Below, piece by piece: positions 1-10,667 of a stretch of 64,000 nucleotides of DNA. Positions within the stretch are counted from its first letter, which is position 1; every line of letters starts with the position of its first letter. The notes under the pieces were generated by a model that was not told the origin of the DNA, ran no database searches, and saw nothing but the letters and a program-made list of their open reading frames with translations. The stretch comes from an uncultured Gemmatimonadales bacterium (GTDB lineage: Bacteria; Gemmatimonadota; Gemmatimonadetes; Gemmatimonadales; Gemmatimonadaceae), in the NCBI GenBank assembly GCA_963707505.1, contig CAVPQB010000004.1:288001-352000 (forward strand), given 5' to 3'. A program made the position numbers and the translations under genes.

Positions 1-739
1 ACGCCGCAAGACACGCAGCTGCAGAACCGGTAGCGGGATCCTCGCCGATCCCAAGGTCCGGTGCGAACATCCGCGCGCGGATGTTCGCACCGCGCCTCGA
101 CACGGCGCTCGCGTCGAAGAGATACACTTCCTTCGTCCATCCATTCGCCAGCACTCGCTCCCACGTCGCACGGTCGAGCTTTGCGCGACTGACTGCATCG
201 CGGCTCGTGAGTGGCGCAATGAGGAATGGAACTCCGCACGACACCGCCTCTGCTGTCAGCGATGTCGTCGACACGTCGGATGCATCCAGCGACAGCAGAG
301 CCGCGATGTCGCGTGCCGTGGGCGCGTCGCTCCTGAACTCCGGCGCCTGCGCGGTCGTGAGCTGCGCAGAGACTGGCTTCCCGTTCTCGACGCGGATCGT
401 CACCGGCACCGGTCCCACGCCCTCGCCGAGTACGATGTGCGTCTCGCCTTCGGTCAACGGGATCATTCCAGTCGCAGCAAGCAGGAACGCAGTCCCTACG
501 GTAGGATGTCCCGCGAACGGCAGCTCTCGGCCCGGCGTGAAGATCCGGACGCGCCGGGTGTGCGATGCGTCTTCGGGTGGCAGTATGAATACGGTTTCGG
601 AGAGATTGAACTCTCTGCAGATCTGTTGCATCTGCTCCGTGCTCAGTCCGCGCGCGTCGGTGAGTACCGCGAGCGGATTGCCGCCGAATATCGTATCGGT
701 GAATACGTCGAGCGTGTGAAACGCGTATGAGTCGCTCAA
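1..739 (-). CDS. PhzF family phenazine-biosynthesis-like isomerase/epimerase (partial, runs off left edge)
   Basis: Manual minus-strand translation from TTG 739 (TTGA overlap with the GNAT stop): LSDSYAFHTLDVFTDTIFGGNPLAV...FNLSETVF...RIFTPGRELPFAGHPTVG, the PhzF signature motifs. Absent from the ORF track because it has no stop in the window. Confidence 0.9.
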   Translation of the reverse strand, partial: MSDSYAFHTLDVFTDTIFGGNPLAVLTDARGLSTEQMQQICREFNLSETVFILPPEDASHTRRVRIFTPGRELPFAGHPTVGTAFLLAATGMIPLTEGETHIVLGEGVGPVPVTIRVENGKPVSAQLTTAQAPEFRSDAPTARDIAALLSLDASDVSTTSLTAEAVSCGVPFLIAPLTSRDAVSRAKLDRATWERVLANGWTKEVYLFDASAVSRRGANIRARMFAPDLGIGEDPATGSAAACLAA

Positions 740-1392
740 ACCACCGGCTCCGGGTTCGGTGTGATGCCGTATGATACAGCGTTCTTGTAGGCGCGATGAT
801 TCGGGTCGCGCCAATCGTAGTCCATGATGCTGTAGTAGACCGTATCGCGCACGCGTCCGTCGCGCACCACCATGTGCTGTCGGAAAGTCCCTTCGTACAA
901 CCCGCCGATGCGCTCGATCGCTGCACGCGATCTCGTATTGCGCACATCGGTCTTGATCTCCACGCGCAACGCGCCCCATACATCGAAGGCCTGGCGCAAC
1001 ATCATCGCTTTCGCCTCGCCATTCACTCCCGTGCGCTGCCGGTCGGGACGCATCCACGTCCATCCGATCTCGACGCGGTGATCGGCGAGGCTCATGTTCG
1101 CGAATCTCGTCGAGCCGATGATCTCGCCAGTTACCGGATCGGTCGTGACGAATGGGACTGCGGTTCCGGTCGCCTGCTCAGCGAGCGCAACATCGACGTA
1201 GCGTCGCATGTCGTCGGCGGTATTTATCGGACGTGTTCCGGTGTGCTCCCAGATCGCGGGGAAATCCGCGGCTCTGAACAACGCATCTACGTGATCGCGT
1301 GTCATTGGAATGAGACGGGCCCGTAGCCCTTCAAGGGTTACGGGCCCGACATGCATGGGAACCTGCTCGACGTACCGCGTCGCGTCTGTCAT
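736..1392 (-). CDS. GNAT N-acetyltransferase, RimJ/RimL type
   Basis: Motifs IIGSTRF, VEIGWTW, RVEIKTDVRNTRSRAAIERIG, EGTFRQH, RDTVYYSI. Confidence 0.9.
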   Translation of the reverse strand: MTDATRYVEQVPMHVGPVTLEGLRARLIPMTRDHVDALFRAADFPAIWEHTGTRPINTADDMRRYVDVALAEQATGTAVPFVTTDPVTGEIIGSTRFANMSLADHRVEIGWTWMRPDRQRTGVNGEAKAMMLRQAFDVWGALRVEIKTDVRNTRSRAAIERIGGLYEGTFRQHMVVRDGRVRDTVYYSIMDYDWRDPNHRAYKNAVSYGITPNPEPVV

Positions 1393-1446
1393 CTCAGCCT
1401 GAATCTCCGATCGAAGTTATCAGACGAGAAAGATAAGACATACGCG

Positions 1447-2921
1447 TTAGAGAATCTCCGTCTTGCGCGACTCCTTCGATTCACGACGTGACACGCCAAG
1501 CTCGACGGGCAGATCGAAGTGCCGGTGCCGCACAGCTGCCGCATCGCGTCGCGCGATCTCGGTGGGATCCGCGGCGAGGTATTCGGTGGGAACATGCGTG
1601 CCGCGGCGCGCCAGCTTCTCCGTCATGATCGTGTAGCGCATCATGAGCGACGAGATGATGAACGCCGCGCTGCAGCCGCCGAGCAACGGCAGAAGGCCGA
1701 TCGGCTGTCGCGTCGTCTCGAAGGCGAACACGACGGACGTGAGCAGCGCGCGTGATGCGCCGGCGAAGATCGCCGCCATTCCGACCAGTGCCGCGATGCG
1801 CGGGTCCACGCCCAGGCCCGGGAACCAGTGAACGCACAGTATGCCGAGCAGCGCGCCGAGGCCGCCGCCGATCGTGAACAACGGTGCGAGCGTTCCGCCC
1901 GACGTGCCGCTGCCGAGTGCGATCGACCATGAGACGAACTTGAGCACGACGAGCGCTATCAGCACGACGTTGGTGAAGTTGCCGGCCAGAATGTTCGAGA
2001 TGTTGTCGTAGCCCACGCCCAGAGTGCGCGGCTCGAAGTATCCGATGACGCCGACCACGACGGCGCCCAGTGGCAGGGAACCACATCCAGTGGATCGGCA
2101 GCTTCTCGAAACCTTCCTCGATGTAGTACAGCGACTTGGTCACGCCGACAGCGGCGATTCCGACTATCGCGCCCAGCACCATGTACGTCGTCAATGCCTC
2201 GCCACTCGGCTGCGTCAGCTGCGGCATCGCGAAGACGCCGGCGGAGCCCTCGAATACCATGCGAATGCCCGTCGCCGTCGCGGACGCGAGCGCGACTGGG
2301 ACGAGCGAGCGCGGGCGGTATTCGAACAACAGCAGCTCGATTGCGAGAAGCACCGCGGCAACGGGAGTTCCGAAGATCGCCGCCATTCCGGCGGCCGCGC
2401 CGGCCGCGAGCAGTGTCTTGCGCTCGTCGGGCGTGGTGTGAAGCACCTGACCGACGAGCGATCCGAGCGCGCCGCCTGTCGCTATGATCGGGCCCTCCGC
2501 GCCGAACGGTCCACCCGAGCCGATCGCGATCGCGGCGGACAACGGCTTGAGCACGGTGATCTTCGGCGAGATCTTGCTCTCGTTGGTGAGGATTTGCTCC
2601 ATCGCCTCCGGGATTCCGTGACCGCGAATTGCCCCCGATCCGTACCGCGCCATCAGCCCGACGATGACGCCGCCGATCACCGGCATGATCACCACCCAGA
2701 TGCCGAGGTGATTGTCGGCCGGCGAGACGCTGCGGGCCGTGAACTGGCCGAAGAACGATGATGTTGGTGACGAGAGCGATCGCCGCGATGAGCAGTCTCG
2801 CGATTCCCACCGCTCCCACGCCAACGATTATCGCAAGACCGGATATGACCAGCGTTCGGCGTTGTTCGACGTCGTAGAAAGGTGGAGTGTGCTGTGCTTC
2901 AACTGCTGCCGGATGCGTCAT
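1447..2921 (-). CDS. ClC family chloride channel/transporter, split by two apparent +1 indels (~2760, ~2072); no CBS domains
   Basis: Three ORFs join into one ClC: GHGIPE, GAEGPII, AGAAAGMAAIFGTP, SGTSGGTLAP, FETT. Confidence 0.85.
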
Positions 2922-3393
2922 CTTCGAAGATCAGGGTGGCGGGTTCTTCATCGGCGCCCATCAGGGAGACGAGGCTGTTCAATTCGCTCGATAGCTGGCC
3001 GAGCGAGCCGGCGGGCATAGCGGAGAGTGCCCGGGTGAGGCGCTCCTGCACCGTGGGCGGCTTGCGATGCATGAGCGCTGCTCCTTCGGCCGTTATGACG
3101 ACCTGGGTGCGTCGGGCGTCAGCAGCGGAGCTGAGGCGGGAAACGAGTCCCTTGGCCTCGAGCCGGCTCACTACTACCGACACCGAGCTCTGGTCGGTGG
3201 AGGTACGCGCCGCGAGGTCGTTCATCGACTCGGCGGGTGCCTCGAGCAAGAGTTGTAGAACGAACGTTTGAGCGGTACTCAGTCCGGTTTCTCGCTCGAC
3301 CGACACGGCAGTCGTTCGAAGGGTCCGGACGAGGCGACGGATCGCCACGAGGGCGCTGCCGACCGACTCCGGTGGATTTGTATTGGAACCCAT
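2899..3393 (-). CDS. MarR family transcriptional regulator
   Basis: From ATG 3393: GLSTAQTFVL...LAARTSTDQSSVSVVVSRLEAKGLVSR...DARRTQVVITAEG (winged HTH with DxR motif). Confidence 0.9.
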   Translation of the reverse strand: MGSNTNPPESVGSALVAIRRLVRTLRTTAVSVERETGLSTAQTFVLQLLLEAPAESMNDLAARTSTDQSSVSVVVSRLEAKGLVSRLSSAADARRTQVVITAEGAALMHRKPPTVQERLTRALSAMPAGSLGQLSSELNSLVSLMGADEEPATLIFEDDASGSS

Positions 3394-3468
3394 GCGTATG
3401 AAGCTAACACACCGTGCTGCAAGGACATAGGAGGCAAAGTGTACCAACGCAGGGTTATCTTCGAAAGC

Positions 3469-5501
3469 ATGACCCTTGCCGCACGGCGGATCGCCCTGAC
3501 CAGCGCGCTCCTGCTCCTTGCGACGCCTGTGCTGCGCGCGGGCGCCCAGAGCAGTTCGGCCGATCCGTGGCGCATCGACCCTCTGCCGCAGGCGTCGCTC
3601 GTTTTCGCGAACGACGGAGCGCTGGTGGGCGAGATCGGCAAAGAGCTGCGCACCAGCATCTCGATTCGCACACTCCCGAAGTACGTCGGTCAGGCCTTCG
3701 TGGCGGTCGAGGATCAGCGCTTCTATCAACACAACGGCGTCGATCTCATCGGCATCGCTGGCGCGATAAAGGACGACATCATGGGCGACCGGCGCGGCGC
3801 GAGCACCATCACGCAACAGCTGGTCGGCAACATGCATCCGGACATCATCAACCGGAATGACAGGGATCAGTCAGCGCTCGCGCGGCTGGAACGCAAGCGT
3901 CGTGAGCAGCAGGCTGCGCGCGAGATGGAGAAGCACTACAACAAGGAACAGATCCTCGAAGGCTATCTCAACGTCATATCGTTCGGGCACGGCTACTACG
4001 GAATCGAGAGCGCCGCGCAGCACTACTTCGGAAAATCGGCGAGCAAGCTGACACTTCCCGAAGCGGCGACACTCGCAGCGATGCCGAAGGGTCCCGGCGA
4101 TATACGATCCGGTGCTGCATGCAGCGCGCACGGTCGAGCGACGCAATACGGTTCTGGCGCTGATGCTGCAGCAGCACTACATCACGCAGTCAGAGTTCAA
4201 CAGTGCGCGCGCTACTCCGCTCGTCACGGCTCCCAACTGGGGAATGCCGGCGCCGGCCCAGTACTTCGTCGATGTCGTGCGCATCCAGGCAACTCGCGCC
4301 GGGATTCCGGTGATGTCCGGCGGCTATCGCATCTATACGAGCATCGATCCGGTGATGCAGACCGCTGCAACCGACGCACTGCGCGATGAAGCAAATGCAA
4401 TAGAGGCGCGGCCAGGATACAAGCATCCGACAATCGCCTCTGGGAACGACTATTTGCAGGGAGCGGTAGTCGCGCTGGATCCGAACACCGGAGACGTGCG
4501 CGCACTCGTCGGCGGGACGGGACTACGCACGCAGCTCGTACGACCGCGCCATCGATGGAATGCGTCAGCCGGGCTCGTCGTTCAAGCCGATCGTCTACGC
4601 TACAGCGGTAGCAGACAGTCTCGCACCGACGACGATGCTCGCGGATACTGCAATCGCGATCCTTCTCCCGAACGGTCGCTACTACCGTCCGGACGACGAC
4701 GATCACCGTTACCTCGGCATGATCACGATGCGCGAGGCGCTCGCGAAGTCGCGCAACATCGTTGCCGTCGAGCTGGGCCAGAAGCTCGGCATGGATTCCG
4801 TCATTGCGACCGCGCGGCGGATGGGAATCACGTCGCCGATCGCCCCCGTTCCGGCAAGCGCGATCGGTGCGTCGGCGGTGCAGCCGCTGAATCTCATCAG
4901 TGCGTACACGACTTTCGCGAATCTCGGCACGCCAGTGACGCCGAGGTTCATATACAGGGTCGAGGATCCGAGCGGCAAGGTCGTGATGTCGCAACCGGTT
5001 CACGCGTTGCCGCCGGCGTTGGATCCGCGTGTTGCGTTCGTCACACGCGACATGATGCGCGACGTGGTAGATCGTGGAACTGCGACTGCCGTGCGCAAGT
5101 ATGTGCCGTCCAGCATACCAGTCGCTGGAAAGACGGGAACTACGAACGACAATACCGATGCGTGGTTCATCGGAGTTGCACCGGGGATCGTCGCCGGTGT
5201 ATGGATGGGCTTCGATCGTCCAACGCCGATGGGCAGCGCGTCGGCGGGTGGCGCGATCGCGGCACCGGTGTGGGGCCGCATGGTGTCGGCCTATCTCAAT
5301 GCGCGCGGCGCTCGCGCAACCGACTGGATGCCACCAATCGGCGTGATAAGCGCGGATCTGGATCGCGCGACGGGGCAGATGGCGAACGCACTCACACCGC
5401 CGAACCGACGCTATACGGAGTACTGGGTCGAAGGAACGGAGCCGGATTCACTCAAGCTGGATCCGTGGACTGCGTTCAAGGGCGGCGCGCTGGTTTTCTA
5501 G
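3469..5501 (+). CDS. Class A penicillin-binding protein (transglycosylase/transpeptidase), split by two homopolymer indels (~4095, ~4517)
   Basis: Transglycosylase motifs EDQRFYQHNG, GASTITQQL, KEQILEGYLN; transpeptidase motifs QPGSSFK, SRN, KTG in successive frames. Confidence 0.9.
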
Positions 5502-5596
5502 CTGCCGCGAAAAACGTCGCTCTGCCACCGGGCGAGCTTCGCCGCTGTTCGGACGATTCATGATCCAGGGCTCTTCGATCATCGCGTCCCGCAGCT

Positions 5597-6567
5597 CTAC
5601 CGCACGAAGTTTATCGCCATCACCGGCGTCACCGACCCGGACGAATTCCTCCCCGGCATGATTCTGCGGACGCCGAAAATCACGCCCAGATTCGGAGTCC
5701 AGTTGTATTCCACAGCTGGAATGAAGCCGATCGCGTCGCTCCATCCTGAGCTCGTGGTGAGACCACGCGAGCTCTGTACGTTGGCGGGATTCAGAATGTC
5801 GTTTGCGCTTACGATGGTACTCGCATGCTGTCCGTAATTGACGTCAAGGCCCAGCACCCATCGCTTCGTCAGGCTGTACTCGCCGGATGCGTCGGCGAAG
5901 AACGAACCTCCCGGCTTCGCGCGGCCGCGAAATCCAGCTTCTGTACCGTACACGCTCACGTCCCGTACGGCAACGTTATTCGAGAACGCCTGCGACAGAT
6001 CCAGTCGCGTACGCAGTATCCTGCCGTTTGGCATCCAGAAATACGTCTGCGAGTAGATCGACAACGTCGTCGTGTACGCGCCCTGTCCCATCCCATCGCT
6101 CGGCCGGTCGCCCAACCGATCGTACTTTCCCGTGGGAAATGTCTCTTCCACCAGGGCGGATACGGTCGGAATCCAGCTGCCTTCGTGAAATTGCGTGAGC
6201 CTGTATTGGGCGAGTACGCTCACGTCCCCCAACCCGACATGCGAGCTGCTCGGTCCGCCGTTGGAGTTCCTGCTCTGCTGGTTGTAACCGATGACGGGAA
6301 TGAATCCGACCGCAACGCGATCTGCGAGTCCGTACACCAGAAACGCACTCGATCCGAAACTGTCCGCGTGGGGGTGCGCACATCATAGACATACGGCTCG
6401 AACAGGAAGTGTCCTGGAGGTAACGTTCCCGCACCCGCTGCTGCGATGGGGCCAGTCCACCATGCGTCGCTGGGAGACTGCCGGACGCTGTCGGAGCCGG
6501 TCTGCGCCGACATGCGCAGCGACAGCAATGCTACAAGCAGACTGCAGTACCGGAGGTGTCTCCGCAC
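5597..6567 (-). CDS. Outer-membrane beta-barrel 'transporter' (putative MetA/phenol-degradation family), frameshifted at a C-run ~6370
   Basis: Signal peptide followed by WWTGP...TLPPGHFLFEPY; GLGDVSVLAQYRL, FPTGKYDRL; C-terminal amphipathic strand MAINFVR. Confidence 0.7.
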
Positions 6568-6583
6568 AATCCGTGTCGTCCAC

Positions 6584-7391
6584 TCACGGATCCGCCTGCC
6601 CACGCGATGGCTGATCTGGAAGGCCATGTCTCGAGTACGAGAGTGGCAGAGAGCGGGCAGTTCGAGTCAGCCGCCAGCGCTCCACCGGCGCACAGAGCCG
6701 CTCCTTCGAGCAACGCGTGCTTCCGTTCGGTCCATTCGCGTAATGCGCAAAGCTTCGCACGGTGACGGTTGTATGCACTGACATCGTCGAACTGCGCGAA
6801 CCACACGAATGCATGTTCGCCCTCACGCACAGGCAGTCGCGGGAATGTATTTTCGGCCGGCTTCCGTTTCCAACGCTGGCGCGCGGTGGCGCACCGCTCG
6901 CGATCATCTCCGGTGCAATCATTCGCTCGAAGAAGTCCGCGAAGCCGGCACTCGCATGTGGTACGATCGTATAGATCGTGACGACCGTCAGTCCGGTTGG
7001 AATGCACGTCGCGCGAGTGTCCGCTCGACTCACCTTCTCCACGCTCGAAACCGGATGCGGGGTCGCGGGACAGAAGCAGGCGCACGTTGTCCGAGTCGAT
7101 CATCGTAGCATTCGCCATATCACGGTGCGTCGTCCACGCCGGCCCATCGTAGAACGCCGCCAGCGCAGTCTTGCGTGAGCCCATGTCCGTGAAGCCACGC
7201 AGCCAGGTGAAGACGTCCGGATGGTCGATGTCGCGGAATTGTGCAATGACATCCATGCCACACTCTTCCTGCGTCTCCACGAACTCACGGTCGAACAGCG
7301 CGATCAACGTCTCGCGTGTGCCGGGATGCAGCGTGTATCGGCGCAACTCCACGACCGGCCATGACGTGTTCGGCCCCGCCGGGCTTGTCAC
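6584..7391 (-). CDS. NIPSNAP family protein (tandem domains), several apparent frameshifts; 3' end approximate
   Basis: VVELRRYTLHPGTRETLIALFDREF, FTWLRGF, FYDGPAW, MIDSDNV, ENTFPRLPVREGEHAFVWF. GTG 7391 overlaps the upstream TGA. Confidence 0.75.
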
Positions 7392-7942
7392 TCCTGCCTC
7401 GAATGCACGTTGAACGATCGTCGCCGAGTCGGCACGCGCGTGAAGCTCATGATCCAATTCGTCTCCCACGTTCTGCCGCCGTCTGCGGAATATGCCTGTT
7501 CCCACCGGCACTTCTCTCGCGTGAGGCTCGTCCAGTAAAAGCGGACGAAAATGCTGCGCTCCTGGAACGCCTCCTGATTGTAGAATTCGCCGTAACCGTT
7601 CCTGAAATCACCGATCATCATTGGCTGATCGAGTGTCCCGTTGTCGGCGGTGGACCAGTGGATCGCCCACTGCCGAGACAACGGGCTGTAGAGACGCAAC
7701 GCGAGCCCGCGCAACCTGCCGCCGGGGAGTTTTGCGTCGAGCTCTTCAATGTTTGCCTGACCATCCCACAGCGGCCGCTCCACCGCGGTTCCATCGAACT
7801 CGTACCGCTCGCTCGATCCGGACAGCGGGTGGCATAAACGCCGATGATGGACCGCCCATCGACCAAGCAGAAAGTCGAAATCGTGAGATCCGTCGTGTAG
7901 CGGAGCAATCGCCGTCGCTGCGAATTCCCGGGCGGTCGTCAT
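7388..7942 (-). CDS. DUF1579-like protein
   Basis: HDFDFLLGRW...LRLYSP..RQWAIHW...RWEQAYSADGGRTWETNWIMSFTR. Confidence 0.75.
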   Translation of the reverse strand: MTTAREFAATAIAPLHDGSHDFDFLLGRWAVHHRRLCHPLSGSSERYEFDGTAVERPLWDGQANIEELDAKLPGGRLRGLALRLYSPLSRQWAIHWSTADNGTLDQPMMIGDFRNGYGEFYNQEAFQERSIFVRFYWTSLTREKCRWEQAYSADGGRTWETNWIMSFTRVPTRRRSFNVHSRQE

Positions 7943-7960
7943 GGACGGATGATCGCCAGG

Positions 7961-8010
7961 AACTGGCCTGTTCACCAGCGCCATTTATTATCTTTTCGGG
8001 ATGACCACTT
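7961..8010. promoter_or_regulatory. Putative MocR-type operator (two direct and one inverted CCANTT boxes)
   Basis: AACTGG at 7961, CCATTT at 7981 and CCACTT at 8005, in the divergent intergenic region upstream of the MocR gene. Confidence 0.5.
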
Positions 8011-8026
8011 TGGCGACACTCCAGCC

Positions 8027-9514
8027 GTGAAAGCCACCGCGAGTCCGGAGATCCTTTCGCTCCTTCCCATCGACCGGGATTTGAGGATTCCGCTCCAGCA
8101 GCAGATCTACGATGGTCTTCGAAATGCGATTCTTACAGGGCTGCTGCGCGCGGGGCAGCGCGTCCCGTCGACTCGCGCGCTCGCGACGGACCTCGGCGTG
8201 TCGCGTCTGCCAGTGCTCACGGCCTACGATCAACTGCTGCACGAAGGGTATCTGGAAGGACGTATCGGGTCCGGAACCTTCGTGAGCGTTTCGTTGCCGG
8301 ATGATGCGCTCCGCTCCGTATCTCCGGGACAGACCCGGCAATCCGCGAAGTATTCGTCACCTCGGTCGGCGCGCAGTGGCCGTCCGTCCGATCGGCTGCC
8401 ACGCCAGCGAGATGATGGCGGGTTTCGTCCGTTTCGCGTCAGTCTACCCGCGCTCGATCAGTTCCCGCACACGATCTGGTCGCGGCTCGTCGCTCGTCAC
8501 GCGAGAGCGCTCACGCCAGCGCGAATGGCATACGGTGATCCGGCCGGCGTCGGGTCATTCAGAGCGGCAGTGGCAGAGCACCTGCGCACCGCACGCGCGG
8601 TGCGATGCGAAGCCGAGCAGGTACTCATCGTGTCTGGCTCGCAAGCAGCGTTGTGTATCTGCGCAGCGGCGCTACTCGGCCGCGGCGACGTCGTAGCGAT
8701 GGAGGATCCGGGATATCCCGGTGCGCGCTCCGCACTTGCGACAACGGGAGCAGTCATCGCACCGGTCCCGATCGATCATGAAGGGATTCAGGTAACGTCA
8801 CTCAGTGCACTCGGTTCGAAAGTACGCGCGGCATACGTGACGCCGTCACATCAGTATCCCATGGGAACGGCGATGACCGCAACGCGTCGCCTGGAGCTCA
8901 TCGAGTGGGCGACACGACATTCCGCGTGGATCCTCGAAGACGACTACGACAGCGAGTTCCGGTACGTGAGCCGTCCATTGGGTGCGCTGCAGGGAATGGA
9001 CGCGCACGAGCGCGTGATCTACATAGGCACGTTCAGCAAGGTGCTGTTCCCGTCGATTCGTGTTGGCTACATCGTAGTTCCGCCATCGCTCTGGAATGAC
9101 TTCCTCGCTGCGCGCGAGGCGCTCGACATATTTTCCCCGACCCTCTATCAGCTCGCGCTCAGGGATTTCATACGCGAGGGTCACTTCGCAAGGCATCTCC
9201 GTCGCATGCGCGCACTGTATCTGAACCGGCGCGCTGCTCTACTGGAAGGGCTCGCCAAACACTGCGACGATCGTCTTGTGATCTACAACGCCGATGCGGG
9301 GCTGCATATCTCGACTCTGCTGCCAGACGGTGTCGATGATCGCGACGTCATTCGACGCATGACTGAGAGAGGGCTATCAGGGGCCGCGCTGTCGACGTGC
9401 TATGCGGCCGATCTGTCGCAGACTGGATTGCTGCTCGGCTTTGGCGGATCCGACGAAACCAGTATCACCAATGCGACGCATGTGCTTGGGAGACTGTTGC
9501 GTCAACGTATGTAA
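8027..9514 (+). CDS. MocR/GabR family regulator (GntR wHTH plus PLP aminotransferase domain)
   Basis: PSTRALATDLGVSR, YVTPSHQYPMG, WILEDDYDSEFRY, IGTFSKVLFP. Confidence 0.93.
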   Translation: MKATASPEILSLLPIDRDLRIPLQQQIYDGLRNAILTGLLRAGQRVPSTRALATDLGVSRLPVLTAYDQLLHEGYLEGRIGSGTFVSVSLPDDALRSVSPGQTRQSAKYSSPRSARSGRPSDRLPRQRDDGGFRPFRVSLPALDQFPHTIWSRLVARHARALTPARMAYGDPAGVGSFRAAVAEHLRTARAVRCEAEQVLIVSGSQAALCICAAALLGRGDVVAMEDPGYPGARSALATTGAVIAPVPIDHEGIQVTSLSALGSKVRAAYVTPSHQYPMGTAMTATRRLELIEWATRHSAWILEDDYDSEFRYVSRPLGALQGMDAHERVIYIGTFSKVLFPSIRVGYIVVPPSLWNDFLAAREALDIFSPTLYQLALRDFIREGHFARHLRRMRALYLNRRAALLEGLAKHCDDRLVIYNADAGLHISTLLPDGVDDRDVIRRMTERGLSGAALSTCYAADLSQTGLLLGFGGSDETSITNATHVLGRLLRQRM

Positions 9515-9528
9515 ATAATGCCTGGACG

Positions 9529-10608
9529 CTATTGCCCCTGCCGGACCGGAGCCGACTGCGTTCCGATTGCCAGATCACGCTGATCGGTTGTGTCGCAGTC
9601 TCCACACTCCGGATCGACCGCATGAAACTCCGCCCCGACGTTCCCAGCCGGACAAACGTGAATCACCGCGTTACTCACATGAGGCACGTGATGAACGAGC
9701 TGATGCTCAACCGCCGCGGCAATGGTATGTGCCTCACCAACGCTCAGTGACGACGCAACGACGACGCTTGCTTCCGCATACAGCTGGTGCCCCATCCATC
9801 GCGCGCGCAGATCGGTGATGTCCTTCACACCATTCACTTCCAGCGCCGCTGCGCGAAGCTGATCCAGCGTCTCCGGATCCACGCCGTCGAGTATCCGTGT
9901 GAAGATCGTCTTCGCGCTGGTCCACACGATTCCGAAAATGGCGATCGTGATCACGACTCCTGCGATCGGATCGGCGATCGGGAATCCTAGATAGACGCCA
10001 ATTGCACCGGCCAGAACGGCGAGCGCTGTCCAGCCGTCAGCGCGGGCGTGATGGCCATCTGCAATGAGTGCTGCGCTCGCGATCTCGCGGCCAACCTTTA
10101 TGCGAATTATCGCCACGGTCTCATTGCCGGCGAAACTGACGATCGACGCGATAGCGACGATGGCCAGGTGGCCGATGGGTTGCGGATTCACAATGCGGGA
10201 GATTGTCTCGTAGCCCGCGAAAAGCGCATTCATGAACAGGACTGCCACCACCAGTACTCCGGCCAGATCCTCCACACGTCCATAGCCGAACGAGAAACTC
10301 CGGCCCGGCTCTCGGCGCATCAACGCGAACGCGACCCAGAGTGGGATTACGGTCGCGAAGTCGCCGAAATTGTGGATCATGTCGGCGAGCAACGCGGTAC
10401 TATGCGACATCGCGACTACGGCCAGCTCCACGATGCTGATGGCCAGCAGGAGAATCCCCGACCACTTGACCGCCCACAGGCCGCGCTCCGAGCTGGCAAT
10501 CGACGGATCCACTATCCCGTGGGAGTGGTCATGGTCGCCGTGGCCGTGCCCATGGCCATGCGTGTGGCCGGTCTCGTGCTGATCGTGCGTGTGTTGGGCC
10601 GTTCCCAT
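9529..10608 (-). CDS. Cation diffusion facilitator (CDF) metal efflux transporter with His-rich N-terminus
   Basis: His-rich leader, LLADMIHNFGD, FGYGRVEDL, ADGHHARAD, C-terminal dimerisation domain. Confidence 0.92.
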   Translation of the reverse strand: MGTAQHTHDQHETGHTHGHGHGHGDHDHSHGIVDPSIASSERGLWAVKWSGILLLAISIVELAVVAMSHSTALLADMIHNFGDFATVIPLWVAFALMRREPGRSFSFGYGRVEDLAGVLVVAVLFMNALFAGYETISRIVNPQPIGHLAIVAIASIVSFAGNETVAIIRIKVGREIASAALIADGHHARADGWTALAVLAGAIGVYLGFPIADPIAGVVITIAIFGIVWTSAKTIFTRILDGVDPETLDQLRAAALEVNGVKDITDLRARWMGHQLYAEASVVVASSLSVGEAHTIAAAVEHQLVHHVPHVSNAVIHVCPAGNVGAEFHAVDPECGDCDTTDQRDLAIGTQSAPVRQGQ

Positions 10609-10667
10609 CGCTAGTTTGTCCCGAAGGCGGATGCGTCTTGCCGATGCTACCTGAACCATAGAAATAT

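Noticed and set aside
81..730. Plus-strand ORFs 81..719 and 437..730
   Set aside because: Antisense shadows of the minus-strand PhzF gene.
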